Positions 37,501 to 46,181 of a DNA stretch of 64,000 nt are shown piece after piece. A program made the position numbers and the translations under genes. The stretch spans positions 8,229 to 72,228 of the forward strand of contig JAZDOG010000090.1 in NCBI GenBank assembly GCA_043798915.1, written 5' to 3'. The number at the start of each line of letters is the position of its first letter. Within the stretch, counting starts at the first letter, position 1. The stretch comes from Pseudomonadota bacterium. Its GTDB lineage: Bacteria; UBA10199; 2-02-FULL-44-16; JAAZCA01. The notes below the pieces were generated by a model. The model was given only the letters and a program-made list of their open reading frames with translations, did no database searches and was not told the DNA's origin.

Positions 37501-38071
37501 GACGTTTGTGGATCCCATGGGGCTCTCGAGCCTCGTCTTCGACAGATCGGACAACCGGATGACGCTCTACGACGGCAAGGGGAGGGATATCACTAAATTC
37601 GACGCCTCGAACATCGCCGTGGATGGGCACGCGCCGTTTGCCAGTGGCACGTATCAGGTCGGCGTTCCGGAGTTCTACTCATATGATTATCGCGATGCGC
37701 TTTATAAACGCTTCGGGTTCGGCATTCCCGGCGGAGATGACGAGAGCAAGGTCACGGGGCCGTTATATGAAATCACCGCGGGCGGGAAGAGGGTGAGAAT
37801 TCAGGGTTGGGATGGAGATGATGTCGGCGGAAACTACAACATCTCCCAGGGAAGGATTCGCTTCCGGGCCGGGGCGAGCGGCATGGACGCCGCCAATCTG
37901 AATGCGTGGAACCGAGAGATCTTCATCCACGGCGGGCGCTCGGGCAATTACAAGTACCCGACCCACGGCTGCATCAGGGGAGAGGACCTGCAGCTCGAAA
38001 TCCTCGCCGCCGATTTCATAGAACTCCGCCGCGAAAATGATCCGGTGGGGACGCTGACGGTGAGGGAGTGA
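31547..38071 (+). CDS. RHS/YD-repeat polymorphic toxin with signal peptide and C-terminal L,D-transpeptidase-like (Tlde1-like) domain
   Basis: DPVLLHNGEF..FTRIYRS..FGFNW (DUF6531-like), many YD repeats, RFYSAKLERFISPDPLG..NLYQY..DPTTFVDPMGL core end, IHGG...THGCIR tip. Confidence 0.92.
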   Translation: MKIKWLAVAALISLNIISADTFASDGAGAALSQAFQMDGVAGFVGGRAQEAIKTAITQHGADWLCGAFAKASNALRRGGALNSLQQDPELKAAVQAELKNKIKEWLPGAVKDLVVGDIFGGAIGKEHLAEVDAISGRVMKEIDTSLNDKIDEVAGGMYDRAVGELQRLSAVGSVPAWVDATDIKKTISRAFDTGTIAGAVAGQLGQVVGDATVSGIRGRISDALSGQLPPEAIAALEKGPAEFDKYISKAEGFLPGNKLKDLTDSILNKPLIRLPTPAYAAILGATAAGHFAKAYKGTVVDPYELKRGIEVTNVMVWQLENKQYIALTLMQLGSLEGGLAASLGLGASFDGIMSKIRAPLERIKKLADNIDKLVMKPAKEISAELRGATDEMKAELAKLQDEIMGPVKENLAKIKEGLGEAADTISGAIPDELNGIPESLEELKQRASVDGGLLGKAGDWKPGDALEEIAKRAGLGGAAKKVKKDLSDLNDAVADKLSKGASGVLDALHITGPAAKIMDTEKIPAKDVSESKELDPVLLHNGEFTQEVTDLVIPGRGIDFRFTRIYRSRSKFLGEFGFNWTHSYAERLLPWNDGTADGFTHIDAQGRKFFFRSEGDGFILPPGMDARLVRAESGGYELQSRDGSVAVFDDQGRLAERRDRNGNSVKLLYNDTGLVSSIVDSYGRGVKIERRKDGLVSRMTDFAGRTFSYEYNDARELIGVTAPATPDFPKGKTTAYRYARVALEAPDAHALTMIMDPNGRVYLRNRYDEEGRVVGQSYGEGPWMGVVYAAGSGNVASRAWVTDARGIMRLYEHDADGHLLRLWRYGGAEYRLLSSHAYNDRGEKVATCTPSGRCTHFAYGEGPSRGDVVRVEEHPSGGGAARVMRIEREARYGLPSSVIDPAGGESRFEYDERGNIASVARCAKEGEGCAVHSRFQYNGCGQIASKTDGRGVATHYEYFQSSDPDGDGVPVKGAPAAGSACGYPKRIVVDAEGGPDRHAVGAPLARATSFSYDPIGNITSVTGPDGAASRYRVNALNQIAREEIPGFAPREYGFDANDNMVKVKILMDKRTVVHEFAYDVLDRPASEKWQVSKGRSIETRYVYDAAGLLVKVAHPEGGEEAYEYDDDGRVLCVVRGANSLEQARECVERNVDGDVVARIDGEGARTTLELNGFGEVAAEIDPLGNRVEYERDTAGKIVGERRMDPAKKILAESRFEYDASGNVIKYGGKLWRDDPGNAVWVDELSKYDPAGNLAAVIDRSGEQTMIDRDGLGEIVSVRRPSGRLRNFVRDAAGRVAESYIRSGDSRLDEKRFSYDAAGRVAGVNAGRDENWVYRYDGMGNLASIVDPYGVEAAYELDDLGRPLALVRDSKGLRATTRYEWDGDGRLVSLTDPNGGATRFSYNAQGSLVAERYADGTERRTAYDRAGRVVAVVDRNGTVLDIEHDAAGRLLSRRASSLTGVIGTHGQSFEYDGLGRIVAAVDFNDADDPGDDVVSRFVYDSLSRPVAEAQNDRWILREFNGAGLAVATALPSGRRLYLARNPEGKVGAVMDGGRGIASFEYDGAGNLAGGRFGGGIRFIAERDARGYPTELKYESPAGKWLAGSKIEYDGKGRVAGESTYAGITRRYSRDSLARLTEVKESDSYYYEGEGAPRRRSWRYDYDAAGNLKTAQEGRYLLEFTANQLNEYTGLVHRFMSKDGSHVTRDEKDPADSFAYDAAGNLATDSTRQLGPREYRYDAFGRLSAIWRGAAFRATKTGYKYDAFDRLIAKEVQGERDDFIWDGWRLAEERRGGKLFADYVHVDGMEAPVAAIGDGWEKFLFADRIGSVVAVADGEGSLAARCDYSPAGRPISVMLSGRPGAAADEEFADCAENSIPFGFAGHPYDYGHELSYMRHRFYSAKLERFISPDPLGYKVPLDADASASIAPALSYHRGQGAASRATIPNRSLSMASAGYDAYPFGRIFARSRAPFEGGETNLYQYGSSDPTTFVDPMGLSSLVFDRSDNRMTLYDGKGRDITKFDASNIAVDGHAPFASGTYQVGVPEFYSYDYRDALYKRFGFGIPGGDDESKVTGPLYEITAGGKRVRIQGWDGDDVGGNYNISQGRIRFRAGASGMDAANLNAWNREIFIHGGRSGNYKYPTHGCIRGEDLQLEILAADFIELRRENDPVGTLTVRE

Positions 38072-38083
38072 TCAGACGCATGC

Positions 38084-38129
38084 GCCTCTTTTCCCTCTCC
38101 CCTCGTGGGAGAGGGTCAGGGTGAGGGGG
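38084..38129. repeat. BoxC-like half element, family B
   Basis: gcctcttttccctctcccctcgtgggagagggtcagggtgaggggg; overlaps the dedA stop codon. Confidence 0.88.
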
Positions 38130-38775
38130 CTCGAGAATTAACCCTCAATCTGTGCCTCACATATTCAATAATTCCCGGCAGGATCGAGATGAAGATTATT
38201 ACGAAGATCGCGATCGTGAAGTTCGCCTTCACCACTGGTATGTTTCCGAAGAAAAAGCCGCCGAGCACGAAGAGGCCGATCCACAGGATGCTCCCTGCGA
38301 TGCTGTAGGATAAAAACCGCCAGTACGTCATCTTTCCAATTCCGGCAACGAAGGGCGCGAACGTGCGGATGATCGGCATGAACCGCGCGATGATCACGGT
38401 CTTGCCGCCGTGTTTCTCGTAAAACCGATGCGTCCGTTCGAGGTGCTTCTTGTTGAGGAACCGGACGTTCTCCCTGTGGAAGACCTTTGGCCCCACGGCG
38501 CGGCCGATCCAGTAGTTGGTGCTGTCGCCGATGATTGGCGCGAGGCACAAAAGGACGAGGAGCGTCTTTATCTCGAACGCCCCCTGCGCGGCGAACGTGC
38601 CTGCGGCGAAGAGGAGCGAATCGCCTGGGAGAAAGGGAGTTATGACGAGCCCAGTTTCGCAGAAGAGGACGATGAAGAGGATCGCATACGTGAAAGTGCC
38701 GTATGTCTGGATGACGGTGCTCAGGTATTTGTCGAGATGCATGAACAGGTCGATGGATTGGGCAAGGAATCTCAT
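38116..38775 (-). CDS. dedA: DedA family membrane protein
   Basis: FCETGLVITPFLPGDSLLF, YEKHGGKTVIIARFMPIIRTFAPFVAG. Confidence 0.96.
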   Translation of the reverse strand: MRFLAQSIDLFMHLDKYLSTVIQTYGTFTYAILFIVLFCETGLVITPFLPGDSLLFAAGTFAAQGAFEIKTLLVLLCLAPIIGDSTNYWIGRAVGPKVFHRENVRFLNKKHLERTHRFYEKHGGKTVIIARFMPIIRTFAPFVAGIGKMTYWRFLSYSIAGSILWIGLFVLGGFFFGNIPVVKANFTIAIFVIIFISILPGIIEYVRHRLRVNSRAPSP

Positions 38776-38819
38776 GGTCTTGCCCCTCTACCCTGCAAGC
38801 TCCGGGGCGTCAATAAAAA

Positions 38820-38952
38820 GCCTCTTTTCCCTCTCCCCTTGAGGGAGAGGGTCAGGGTGAGGGGGGGGGGGGTCGTGCAGATTCCGAGACTCCCTTCGAT
38901 TCCCTCTTCCGAGGGAAGAAAAATTTTCAAAGACGCCCTGCTGAATAGTTAC
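38820..38952. mobile_element. Degenerate MITE copy (right TIR only) carrying a family B hairpin
   Basis: Same internal layout as 39040-39187 and ends ctgctgaatagttac; left TIR not seen. Confidence 0.65.
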
Positions 38953-39019
38953 CTTTGCTTTTTATGTGATTTTAGGCTAATTCCGGTGATGAAAGGTATT
39001 TGAAATTTATAGAAATTTT

Positions 39020-39187
39020 GTAACTATTCAGGTGCCTATGCCTCTTTTCCCTCTCCCTTGAGGGGAGAGGGTCAGGGTGAGGGTGGCAATGGCGACTAGG
39101 TGAAAGAAATTCGCAAGGTCACCCTCCCTCTGACTCCCTCCCATCAAGGGAGGGAGAAATTCGGAAGGCGCACTGCTGAATAGTTAC
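39020..39187. mobile_element. 168-bp MITE with IS66-like ends, containing paired family B hairpins
   Basis: Perfect 12-bp TIR gtaactattcag/ctgaatagttac, flanked by the 8-bp direct repeat gaaatttt (39012-39019, 39188-39195). Confidence 0.88.
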
Positions 39188-39286
39188 GAAATTTTCTCAT
39201 TTTATCGTTGGGAGCGATTGACAAGTGAACGGAGGATGCGGCACTCATCGATTATACAATCGCTATAATCGATGGAGCGAAATCTC

Positions 39287-39639
39287 ATGGCCCAGATACA
39301 GTTCAAGGGAAAGACATTCGTCCAGAACCATCACCTCTCGGTGAAGTATCACGAGCTCGTTCCCGTCAAGGCCAAGAGCCTGACCGACAAGGTGAGCCTC
39401 CAGGACAACCTGATCATCCACGGCGATAATCTCAAGGCTTTGAAGGCGTTGCTTCCGATGTACGCCGGGAAGATCAAGTGCATCTATATCGACCCGCCCT
39501 ACAACACCGGCAACGAGAACTGGGTCTACAACGACAACGTCAGTTCGCCGATGATGCAGGAGTGGATCAGGAGCACCTCGATCAATACAAGATAGATTTT
39601 GCGCAATTGCCGTTCGAGATATACGAACTGGCGCGGTGA
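39287..39639 (+). pseudogene. mod: Type III R-M methyltransferase (Mod) with a large internal deletion
   Basis: N-terminus NLIIHGDNLKALKALLP..IYIDPPYNTG is joined near 39563-39568, out of frame, to DQEHLDQYKIDFAQLPFEIYELAR*, which stops 3 nt before res; SAM-binding motif absent. Confidence 0.88.
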
Positions 39640-39642
39640 CGC

Positions 39643-42163
39643 ATGCAGCTCAAAGAATACCAACAGCGGGCGTTGGCCGAAATTAGGCGCTATCTCGAGC
39701 AGCTCTCCGGGTGGCGGGGAAAGGCAGAGGCCAATCCGGAACTCGAGATCGATTTTCCGGCCAAGGCCTGGGAAAAAGCGGGCGTTGGCCGGCGTTATAC
39801 CTCCCGGAAAAACGGTCTCGGCCAGCCCCTTCCAAATTTTTGCCTCAAGGTCCCGACGGGCGGCGGCAAGACGCTGCTTGCCGTCAAGACCGTCGATCTG
39901 GTGAACGTCGTCTACCGCAAGCGACGCACCGGCCTCGTCCTCTGGATCGTCCCGACGACACAGATCTACCGCCAGACCATTGGGCACTTGAAGGATCGCG
40001 ATGATCCTTATCGCCAGCACCTTGATATCGCCAGCGGCGGCCACACCGTCATCGTGGAGAAGACGGACCACTTTACGCCGCAGGACATGCAGGAAAACCT
40101 CGTCGTCTTGATGCTGATGCTCCCATCGGCTAATCGCAAGACCAAGGAGACATTAAAAGTCTTCAAGGACAGCGGTGGTTTTCAGGATTTCTTTCCGCCG
40201 GAGGACGACATCAAGGCGCAGGAGGCGCTCCTCAAGCGCTGTCCGAATCTGGATACCTACGAAAGGGAGGGCGGGTTCTGGGGGAGGCAGATCAAGACGT
40301 CGCTGGGCAATACCCTTCGGACGCTTGCGCCGCTGATCATCCTCGATGAAGGGCACAAGGCCTACAGCGAGGGGGCGCAGGATACGCTCCGCGGATTCAA
40401 CCCCTGTCTCATCGCGGAGCTCTCCGCGACGCCGGTCGAGAGCAACGTCCTTGTGGACATCTCCGGCCGCGAGCTGCACCGCGAGGAGATGATCAAGCTC
40501 GACCTTCATGTCGTGAACAAGGCGAGCCCGGACTGGAAGGATACTCTTCTCTCCGGCGCAAACAAACTCGATGCGCTCAAGGTGGAGGCAAAAGAATATG
40601 AATCGAACACGGGCGGCTACATCCGCCCGATCTGTCTCATTCAGGTCGAGCGCACCGGCAAGGATCAGATGGGTGGCCGCTTCATCCATTCGGAGCAGGT
40701 GCGCGAGCACCTAATCAAGGTGATGGGCGTGCCTGCCGAACAGATCGCGGTGAAGACGAGCGAGAAGGACGAACTCAAGGAGATAGACGACGTCGGCGGC
40801 CTGCTCTCGCGCGATTGCAAGGTGCGCTACATCATACACCAAACAGGCGTTGCAGGAAGGTTGGGATTGCTCGTTTGCGTATGTCCTCGTCATCCTCACG
40901 AATCCATCGTCGAAAAATGCGCTGACGCAGCTCGTGGGGCGCATCCTCCGCCAGCCATATGCCCGCAAGACCGGTATTCGCGAGCTGGACGAGAGCTATG
41001 TGTTCTGCTTCCAGCTCAAGGCTGGCGCGCTTTTGGGCAGCATCAAATCAGGGTTTGAACAGGAGGGGTTGGGCGATTTGCGGAGCCATATCTCAGCCGA
41101 GGATGAAGGCGCGGGCGGCGAGGGCGGGGAAAAATACGCCGAGATCCGCGATAAATTCCGAAAGGCCGCGGGCCGAACCATTCTTCCGATTTTCGTCGTG
41201 AGAGATGGCGGGGGCTGGCGGCCCGTCGTATATGAAATGGATATCGCCCCCCACATCGCATGGGATGAAGTTGATTTGAAGCCGGTGAAAACCCTCAAGC
41301 TTTCCGTGTATGAGGAAAAAGACCTCGAGCACGTGGTCACGCGGTCCGAAGACGCGAGGGAAGTCATCAGGCAGAAGAGCGTCGTCCAGTTAAAGGAAGG
41401 CGGGATTCACGTCGATCCGGTCTTTATGACGCGTCAGATATGCGATATCGTTCCCAATCCCTGGCGCGCGCACGAATTCGCAAACTCGATTCTGGAACAT
41501 TATCGGGATCGGAAAAAATCGGATGAACGGCTGATTGCGAACAACTTCGTCTTTCTGATCGAGGAATTGCGAAAACAGGTTGAGAAGGAAAAAGAGAGGC
41601 TGGCCGAAAGCATCTTTCGCGCAATGCTGGAAAAGGACGAGCTTCGTTTTCTCGTTATCGGAAAAGATTTCGACTGGACCTTTCCGAAAAAGATCGCCGT
41701 GCGGCCGAAATACCTCAACCGAAAGGACGGCAGTCAGCTGGAATTGAGCCTCTTCGAGGCCGTCTCCGAGGACGAATTCAACGAAACGGAAAAGGCCGTC
41801 GCATGGTATCTGGAGAGCCAGGAGCGGCTCTTCTTCTGGTTTCGCAATCGGTCGCGCCGAGACTATTCGATTCAGGGCTGGCGCGAACACCGCATTTATC
41901 CGGATTTCATCTTCACCGCCACGGAACGGGACGAAAAGAAGGACTACGAGCGCGTCTATGTCGTGGAGACAAAGGGGCTGCACATCAAGGACAGCGAAAA
42001 GACGAATTACATCCGGAAGGTCTTCGACATCTGCACGAAGCAGGCTGAGTCTCGGAACTGGACGGAGCTGGGCCTGCAGATGAAAGACAAGGCTCTGCAA
42101 TTTGAAGTGCTGGACGAAAGCGAATGGCAGGCGAAGTTGAATGAGATATTGCAAGAGGCATAG
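39643..42163 (+). pseudogene. res: Type III R-M restriction subunit (Res) with a +1 frameshift
   Basis: VPTGGGKT, LDEGH, then RYII|TKQALQEGWD split across frames at about 40836; C-terminal YPDFI..VVETKG nuclease motif. Confidence 0.9.
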
Positions 42164-42182
42164 CGCCCTGAGGAGGAAAAAT

Positions 42183-43004
42183 ATGCAGCCACTCATAATC
42201 ACCGCCGCGATAACGGGCGCCGAGACGACGAAGGAGATGAACCCCAATCTCCCGGTGACGCCGGAGGAGCAGGCGAGGGCTGCTGCCGAATGCGTCGCGG
42301 CCGGGGCGGCTGTGATCCACCTCCATGTGCGCGATTCGAAGGGCAAGCCATCTCAGTCTCTTGCGGACTTTCGCGCATCGATCGATGCGATACGCGCGGC
42401 CTGCGATCCGAAGCCGATCATCCAGATATCCACGGGCGGTGCTGTCGGCGCCCCGATGGAGGAGAGGGCAAGGCCGATCGCCGAGCTCAAGCCTGAAATG
42501 GCCTCGCTCAACGTCGCGTCGATGAATTTCGGCGACGAGGTCTTTCTGAATCGGCCTCAGGACGTGAAGGAGCTCGCGAAGAAGATGTTTGAGCTCGGCG
42601 TGATCCCGGAGGTCGAGGTTTATGATGCCGGGCACATCGAAATTGCGAAGCGGCTCCTGAAAAACGGCTTTCTGGCCAAACCGATCCACTATCAATTCGT
42701 GCTCGGAGTCCCCGGCGGTCTGTCGGGCGAGGAGCGGAATCTGAAATTCATGATCGGTTCGGTCGACGAGGGCGATACGTGGGCCGTCGCAGGCGTCGGA
42801 CGGTACGAATTTCCGCTGGCGGAGCTCGCTGTGCCGTTGGGTGGGCACGTCCGCGTCGGCTTCGAGGACAACGTATATTATGAGAAGGGCGTCCTCGCGA
42901 AGAGCAACGCCGAGCTCGTCGCACGCGTGAAGAGGATCGCCGGCGATTGCGGCCGCGCCGTGGCAACACCCCAGGATGCCAGAAAGATGCTGGGGCTGGT
43001 TTGA
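42183..43004 (+). CDS. kce: 3-keto-5-aminohexanoate cleavage enzyme (BKACE family)
   Basis: IITAAITGAE, IHLHVRD, ISTGG, PEMASLN, HVRVGFEDN. Confidence 0.92.
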   Translation: MQPLIITAAITGAETTKEMNPNLPVTPEEQARAAAECVAAGAAVIHLHVRDSKGKPSQSLADFRASIDAIRAACDPKPIIQISTGGAVGAPMEERARPIAELKPEMASLNVASMNFGDEVFLNRPQDVKELAKKMFELGVIPEVEVYDAGHIEIAKRLLKNGFLAKPIHYQFVLGVPGGLSGEERNLKFMIGSVDEGDTWAVAGVGRYEFPLAELAVPLGGHVRVGFEDNVYYEKGVLAKSNAELVARVKRIAGDCGRAVATPQDARKMLGLV

Positions 43005-43119
43005 AAAAGGGGTCCCCTTTTTCCTTTTTCTTGACATCCTTTCACAAAAGAGCGAATGTGCGGCCGTTTTATCCGGCCTTAGATAAAACCTAGGTTTTTC
43101 AACAAGTTGGAACGCCATT

Positions 43120-43671
43120 ATGATCGAAATCAGGTTCCATGGCCGTGGCGGCCAAGGGGCAGTTACCTCCGCAGAACTCATAGCCTTGGCGGCCATCGGG
43201 CAGGGGCGTTTTGCCCAGTCGATGCCGTCGTTCGGCCCCGAGCGGCGCGGCGCCCCGGTCCAGGCGTTCCTGCGGGTTGCCGACGAGCAGATAAGAATTC
43301 GCGCTGAGGTGACGCGCCCCAACATCGTCGTTGTACTGGACGACAGCCTCATACACGTGCTGGATGTTACGAGCGGCCTCAAGGATGGGGGGCTGGTGAT
43401 AGTCAACACGCAGCAGTCCGAGGAGGACGTCAGGGCGGCGATCAAATTCAAGGGGAAGCTCGCTACTGTCGATGCGCTGAAGATCGCGCTTGAGACGCTC
43501 AAGGTCCCGATCACGAACACGACGATGATCGGCGCACTCATAAAGGCGACGGGCATCGTTCCGATGGATGCGATAATCCCTGAGATACAGCGCCGCTTCA
43601 ATCCGAAGCTGGCCGAACGGAACGTCGTGGCACTGAAGAGGGCATTCGAGGAAACAAAGATAAGTTCATAG
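43120..43671 (+). CDS. porC: Pyruvate/2-oxoacid:ferredoxin oxidoreductase gamma subunit
   Basis: [24 protein letters not shown]. Confidence 0.95.
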
Positions 43672-43681
43672 CTGAGTTCTT

Positions 43682-43963
43682 ATGGCCGAAAAAACATGGA
43701 AAGACATAGAGCCCGGATTCGTCGTGAATCCCGGCGGCGCGCGCAACTACCGCACTGGCGACTGGCGGAGCCAATGGCCGAAGTATAACAAGGACCGCTG
43801 CATAAAATGCGGCGTCTGCTATGTGTTCTGTCCCGACGCTGCGATAAGCATAGCGGCTGACGGATATGTCGATTTCAGCGATTTTTACTGCAAGGGTTGT
43901 GGGATCTGCGCGCGCGAGTGCGTGACCGGCGCGATAACTATGGTTTCGGGCGGAAAGAAGTAA
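43682..43963 (+). CDS. porD: POR delta subunit (2x[4Fe-4S])
   Basis: TGDWRS, CIKCGVCYVFCP, CKGCGICARECV. Confidence 0.95.
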   Translation: MAEKTWKDIEPGFVVNPGGARNYRTGDWRSQWPKYNKDRCIKCGVCYVFCPDAAISIAADGYVDFSDFYCKGCGICARECVTGAITMVSGGKK

Positions 43964-43973
43964 TGGACATATG

Positions 43974-44042
43974 TGTCATTCCCGCGAAAGCGGGAATCCC
44001 CTGGTCTTCATGGGATCCCCGCTTACGTCCGCGGGGATGACA
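43974..44042. repeat. REP-like doublet, family C
   Basis: tgtcattcccgcgaaagcgggaatcc...ggatccccgc...cgcggggatgaca between porD and porA. Confidence 0.8.
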
Positions 44043-44060
44043 AAGAGTGGGAACTCATAA

Positions 44061-45236
44061 ATGGGCAAACGCAAAGGACTCGAAGTCTCATTGGCGGTAT
44101 CGGAGGCGGTGAAGCTCGCCAATGCCGACGTGATCGCAGCGTACCCGATAACGCCCCAGACCCACATCGTCGAGAGCCTGGCCGAGATCTGCGCCGAGGG
44201 CGAGCTCGACGCCGAATTTGTCTGCGTGGAGAGCGAACACTCGGCGATGAGCGCCTGCCTGGGCGCTTCTGCCGCGGGCGCGCGCGTCTTCACGTCCACA
44301 TCGGGCCAGGGCCTCGAGCTCATGCACGAGGCGGTATATCTCGCGAGCTCGATGCGCCTGCCGATCGTGATGGCGCTCGCCAACCGCGCCCTCTCCGCGC
44401 CTCTCTCGGTGTGGGGAGACCACTCGGATGTCATGGCGGTGAGGGACACCGGCTGGATCTCGGTCTTCTGCGAAAACGGCCAGGAGGCGTTCGATCTCAC
44501 GCTATGGGCGTTTCGGATCGCCGAGGACAAGAGGGTTCTCTTCCCCGTGATGGTGAATCTCGATGGCTTCCATCTCACGCATGTCGTGGAGCCGATAGAG
44601 ATCGAGGATGAAGAGAAGGTTCGCGCCTATCTGCCTTCCAATGAATATCCGCTGCCGCTGGATCCCAGAAAGCCCGTCAACATGGGCACGTTCGCGCCGC
44701 CGCACATCTACAGTGAGATAAAGAAGTCGCAGGAAGTCGCGTTCCAGGGGATTCGTCCCGTTATCATCGAATCGTGGGCCGAGTTCGCAGAGCATTTCGG
44801 CCGCCAGTATCGGCCCGTCGAGACATACAAAACAGAAGGCGCGGAGACGCTCATCCTCACGATGGGCAGCTACAGCCAAACGGCCTCGGTCGCTATCGAC
44901 GAGCTGCGCGCGAAGGGCAGGAAGGTCGGGCAGATAAAGCTCCGCCTCTGGAGGCCGTTCCCGTTCGAGGAGCTGCGCGCTGCCGTGAAGGGCGCGAAGA
45001 GGCTCATCATCCTCGATCGTTGCATATCGTCGGGCGGCCCGGGCGGCCCGGTCGCGTCGGAGGTGAAAAGCGCACTGTATAATGAAGCGGTTCGTCCGAA
45101 GATCGCGAGCTTCATCGCCGGGCTCGGCGGGCGCGATATATTGCCGGAGCAGTTCGTGGAGATAATAGAGCGCGGCGAGAAGATCGCCGATGAAGGACAG
45201 AGGGGCGAGTTTGAGATTTATGGCGTAAGGGGATAA
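44061..45236 (+). CDS. porA: POR alpha subunit
   Basis: AYPITPQT, ESEHSAMS, TSGQGL, NRALSAP, GLGGRDI. Confidence 0.96.
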   Translation: MGKRKGLEVSLAVSEAVKLANADVIAAYPITPQTHIVESLAEICAEGELDAEFVCVESEHSAMSACLGASAAGARVFTSTSGQGLELMHEAVYLASSMRLPIVMALANRALSAPLSVWGDHSDVMAVRDTGWISVFCENGQEAFDLTLWAFRIAEDKRVLFPVMVNLDGFHLTHVVEPIEIEDEEKVRAYLPSNEYPLPLDPRKPVNMGTFAPPHIYSEIKKSQEVAFQGIRPVIIESWAEFAEHFGRQYRPVETYKTEGAETLILTMGSYSQTASVAIDELRAKGRKVGQIKLRLWRPFPFEELRAAVKGAKRLIILDRCISSGGPGGPVASEVKSALYNEAVRPKIASFIAGLGGRDILPEQFVEIIERGEKIADEGQRGEFEIYGVRG

Positions 45237-45245
45237 GGGAAGACA

Positions 45246-46181
45246 ATGGCTGCGAACTTAAATCTTTCAGTTTACGCGTCCCGCATCACGGACAAGAGCG
45301 AGCACTTCACGTCCGGGCACCGCGCCTGCGTCGGCTGCGCCGAGGCGCTGGCCGTCCGCATGGTGGCGAAGGCGGTGGGGCGGGACGTCATCATGGTCAG
45401 CGCGACCGGCTGCATGGAGATCGTCTCATCGCCCTATCCTGACACGAGCTGGGACGTGCCGTGGATCCATACCCTGTTTGAAAACACCTCAGCCGTCGCA
45501 TCGGGGATCGAAGCCGCCCTGAAGGTGCTCCGCAGGAAGGGGAGGCTCCCCGACGACAGGCGCGTGAAGGTGGTCGCCATGGGCGGCGACGGCGCCACGG
45601 CTGACATCGGAATCCAGGCGCTCTCCGGCATGCTCGAGCGCGGCCACGACATCCTCTATGTTTGCTATGACAACGAAGCTTACATGAACACCGGCATCCA
45701 GCGCTCGGGCGCGACGCCGTTCGGCGCATCGACGACGACGTCGCCGGCGGGCGCAAAGAGCAAAGGGCAGCACACGTGGAAGAAGAATATGCCCGAGATC
45801 GTGGCGGCGCACCACATCCCGTATGTCGCCACCGCGTGCCCGAGCTTCCCGTTCGACCTCGAGATGAAGGTGAAGAAGGCGGTCGCGGTGGAGGGCCCGG
45901 CGTATCTGCATATCCTCTCGGTCTGCCCGACTGGCTGGCGTTCGGCGACCGAGCTGGCGATTCAGCATGGAAGGCTGGCCGTGCAGAGCGGAGTCTTCCC
46001 TCTCTTCGAAGTGGAGAACGAAGCGTGGAAACTGACGATGGATTTCGAGAAGCGCATCCCCGTTGCCGACTATTTCAAGGGACAGGGGCGCTTCAGGCAT
46101 CTGAACGAGGCCGATATCGCCTATATCCAGGGAATGGTGGATGAGAAGTGGGAACTCTTAAGAAAAAGGTGCGGACTTTAA
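45246..46181 (+). CDS. porB: POR beta subunit (TPP-binding)
   Basis: GHRACVGC, ATGCMEI, GGDG...DNEAYMNTGIQRS, CPTGW. Confidence 0.96.
   Translation: MAANLNLSVYASRITDKSEHFTSGHRACVGCAEALAVRMVAKAVGRDVIMVSATGCMEIVSSPYPDTSWDVPWIHTLFENTSAVASGIEAALKVLRRKGRLPDDRRVKVVAMGGDGATADIGIQALSGMLERGHDILYVCYDNEAYMNTGIQRSGATPFGASTTTSPAGAKSKGQHTWKKNMPEIVAAHHIPYVATACPSFPFDLEMKVKKAVAVEGPAYLHILSVCPTGWRSATELAIQHGRLAVQSGVFPLFEVENEAWKLTMDFEKRIPVADYFKGQGRFRHLNEADIAYIQGMVDEKWELLRKRCGL

Noticed and set aside
35744..37630. Long antisense ORFs (e.g. 35744..37630, 41985..43601, 54268..55872, 15206..16483)
   Set aside because: Shadows of GC-rich coding genes on the opposite strand, with no motifs.
38861..38872. G12 homopolymer as a phase-variation tract
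   Set aside because: It lies inside a degenerate repeat element, not in a CDS or an evident promoter; it may be slippage or sequencing error.
40831..40852. Programmed frameshift or phase variation in res
   Set aside because: No slippery sequence or tandem repeat at the shift, and mod is also destroyed.
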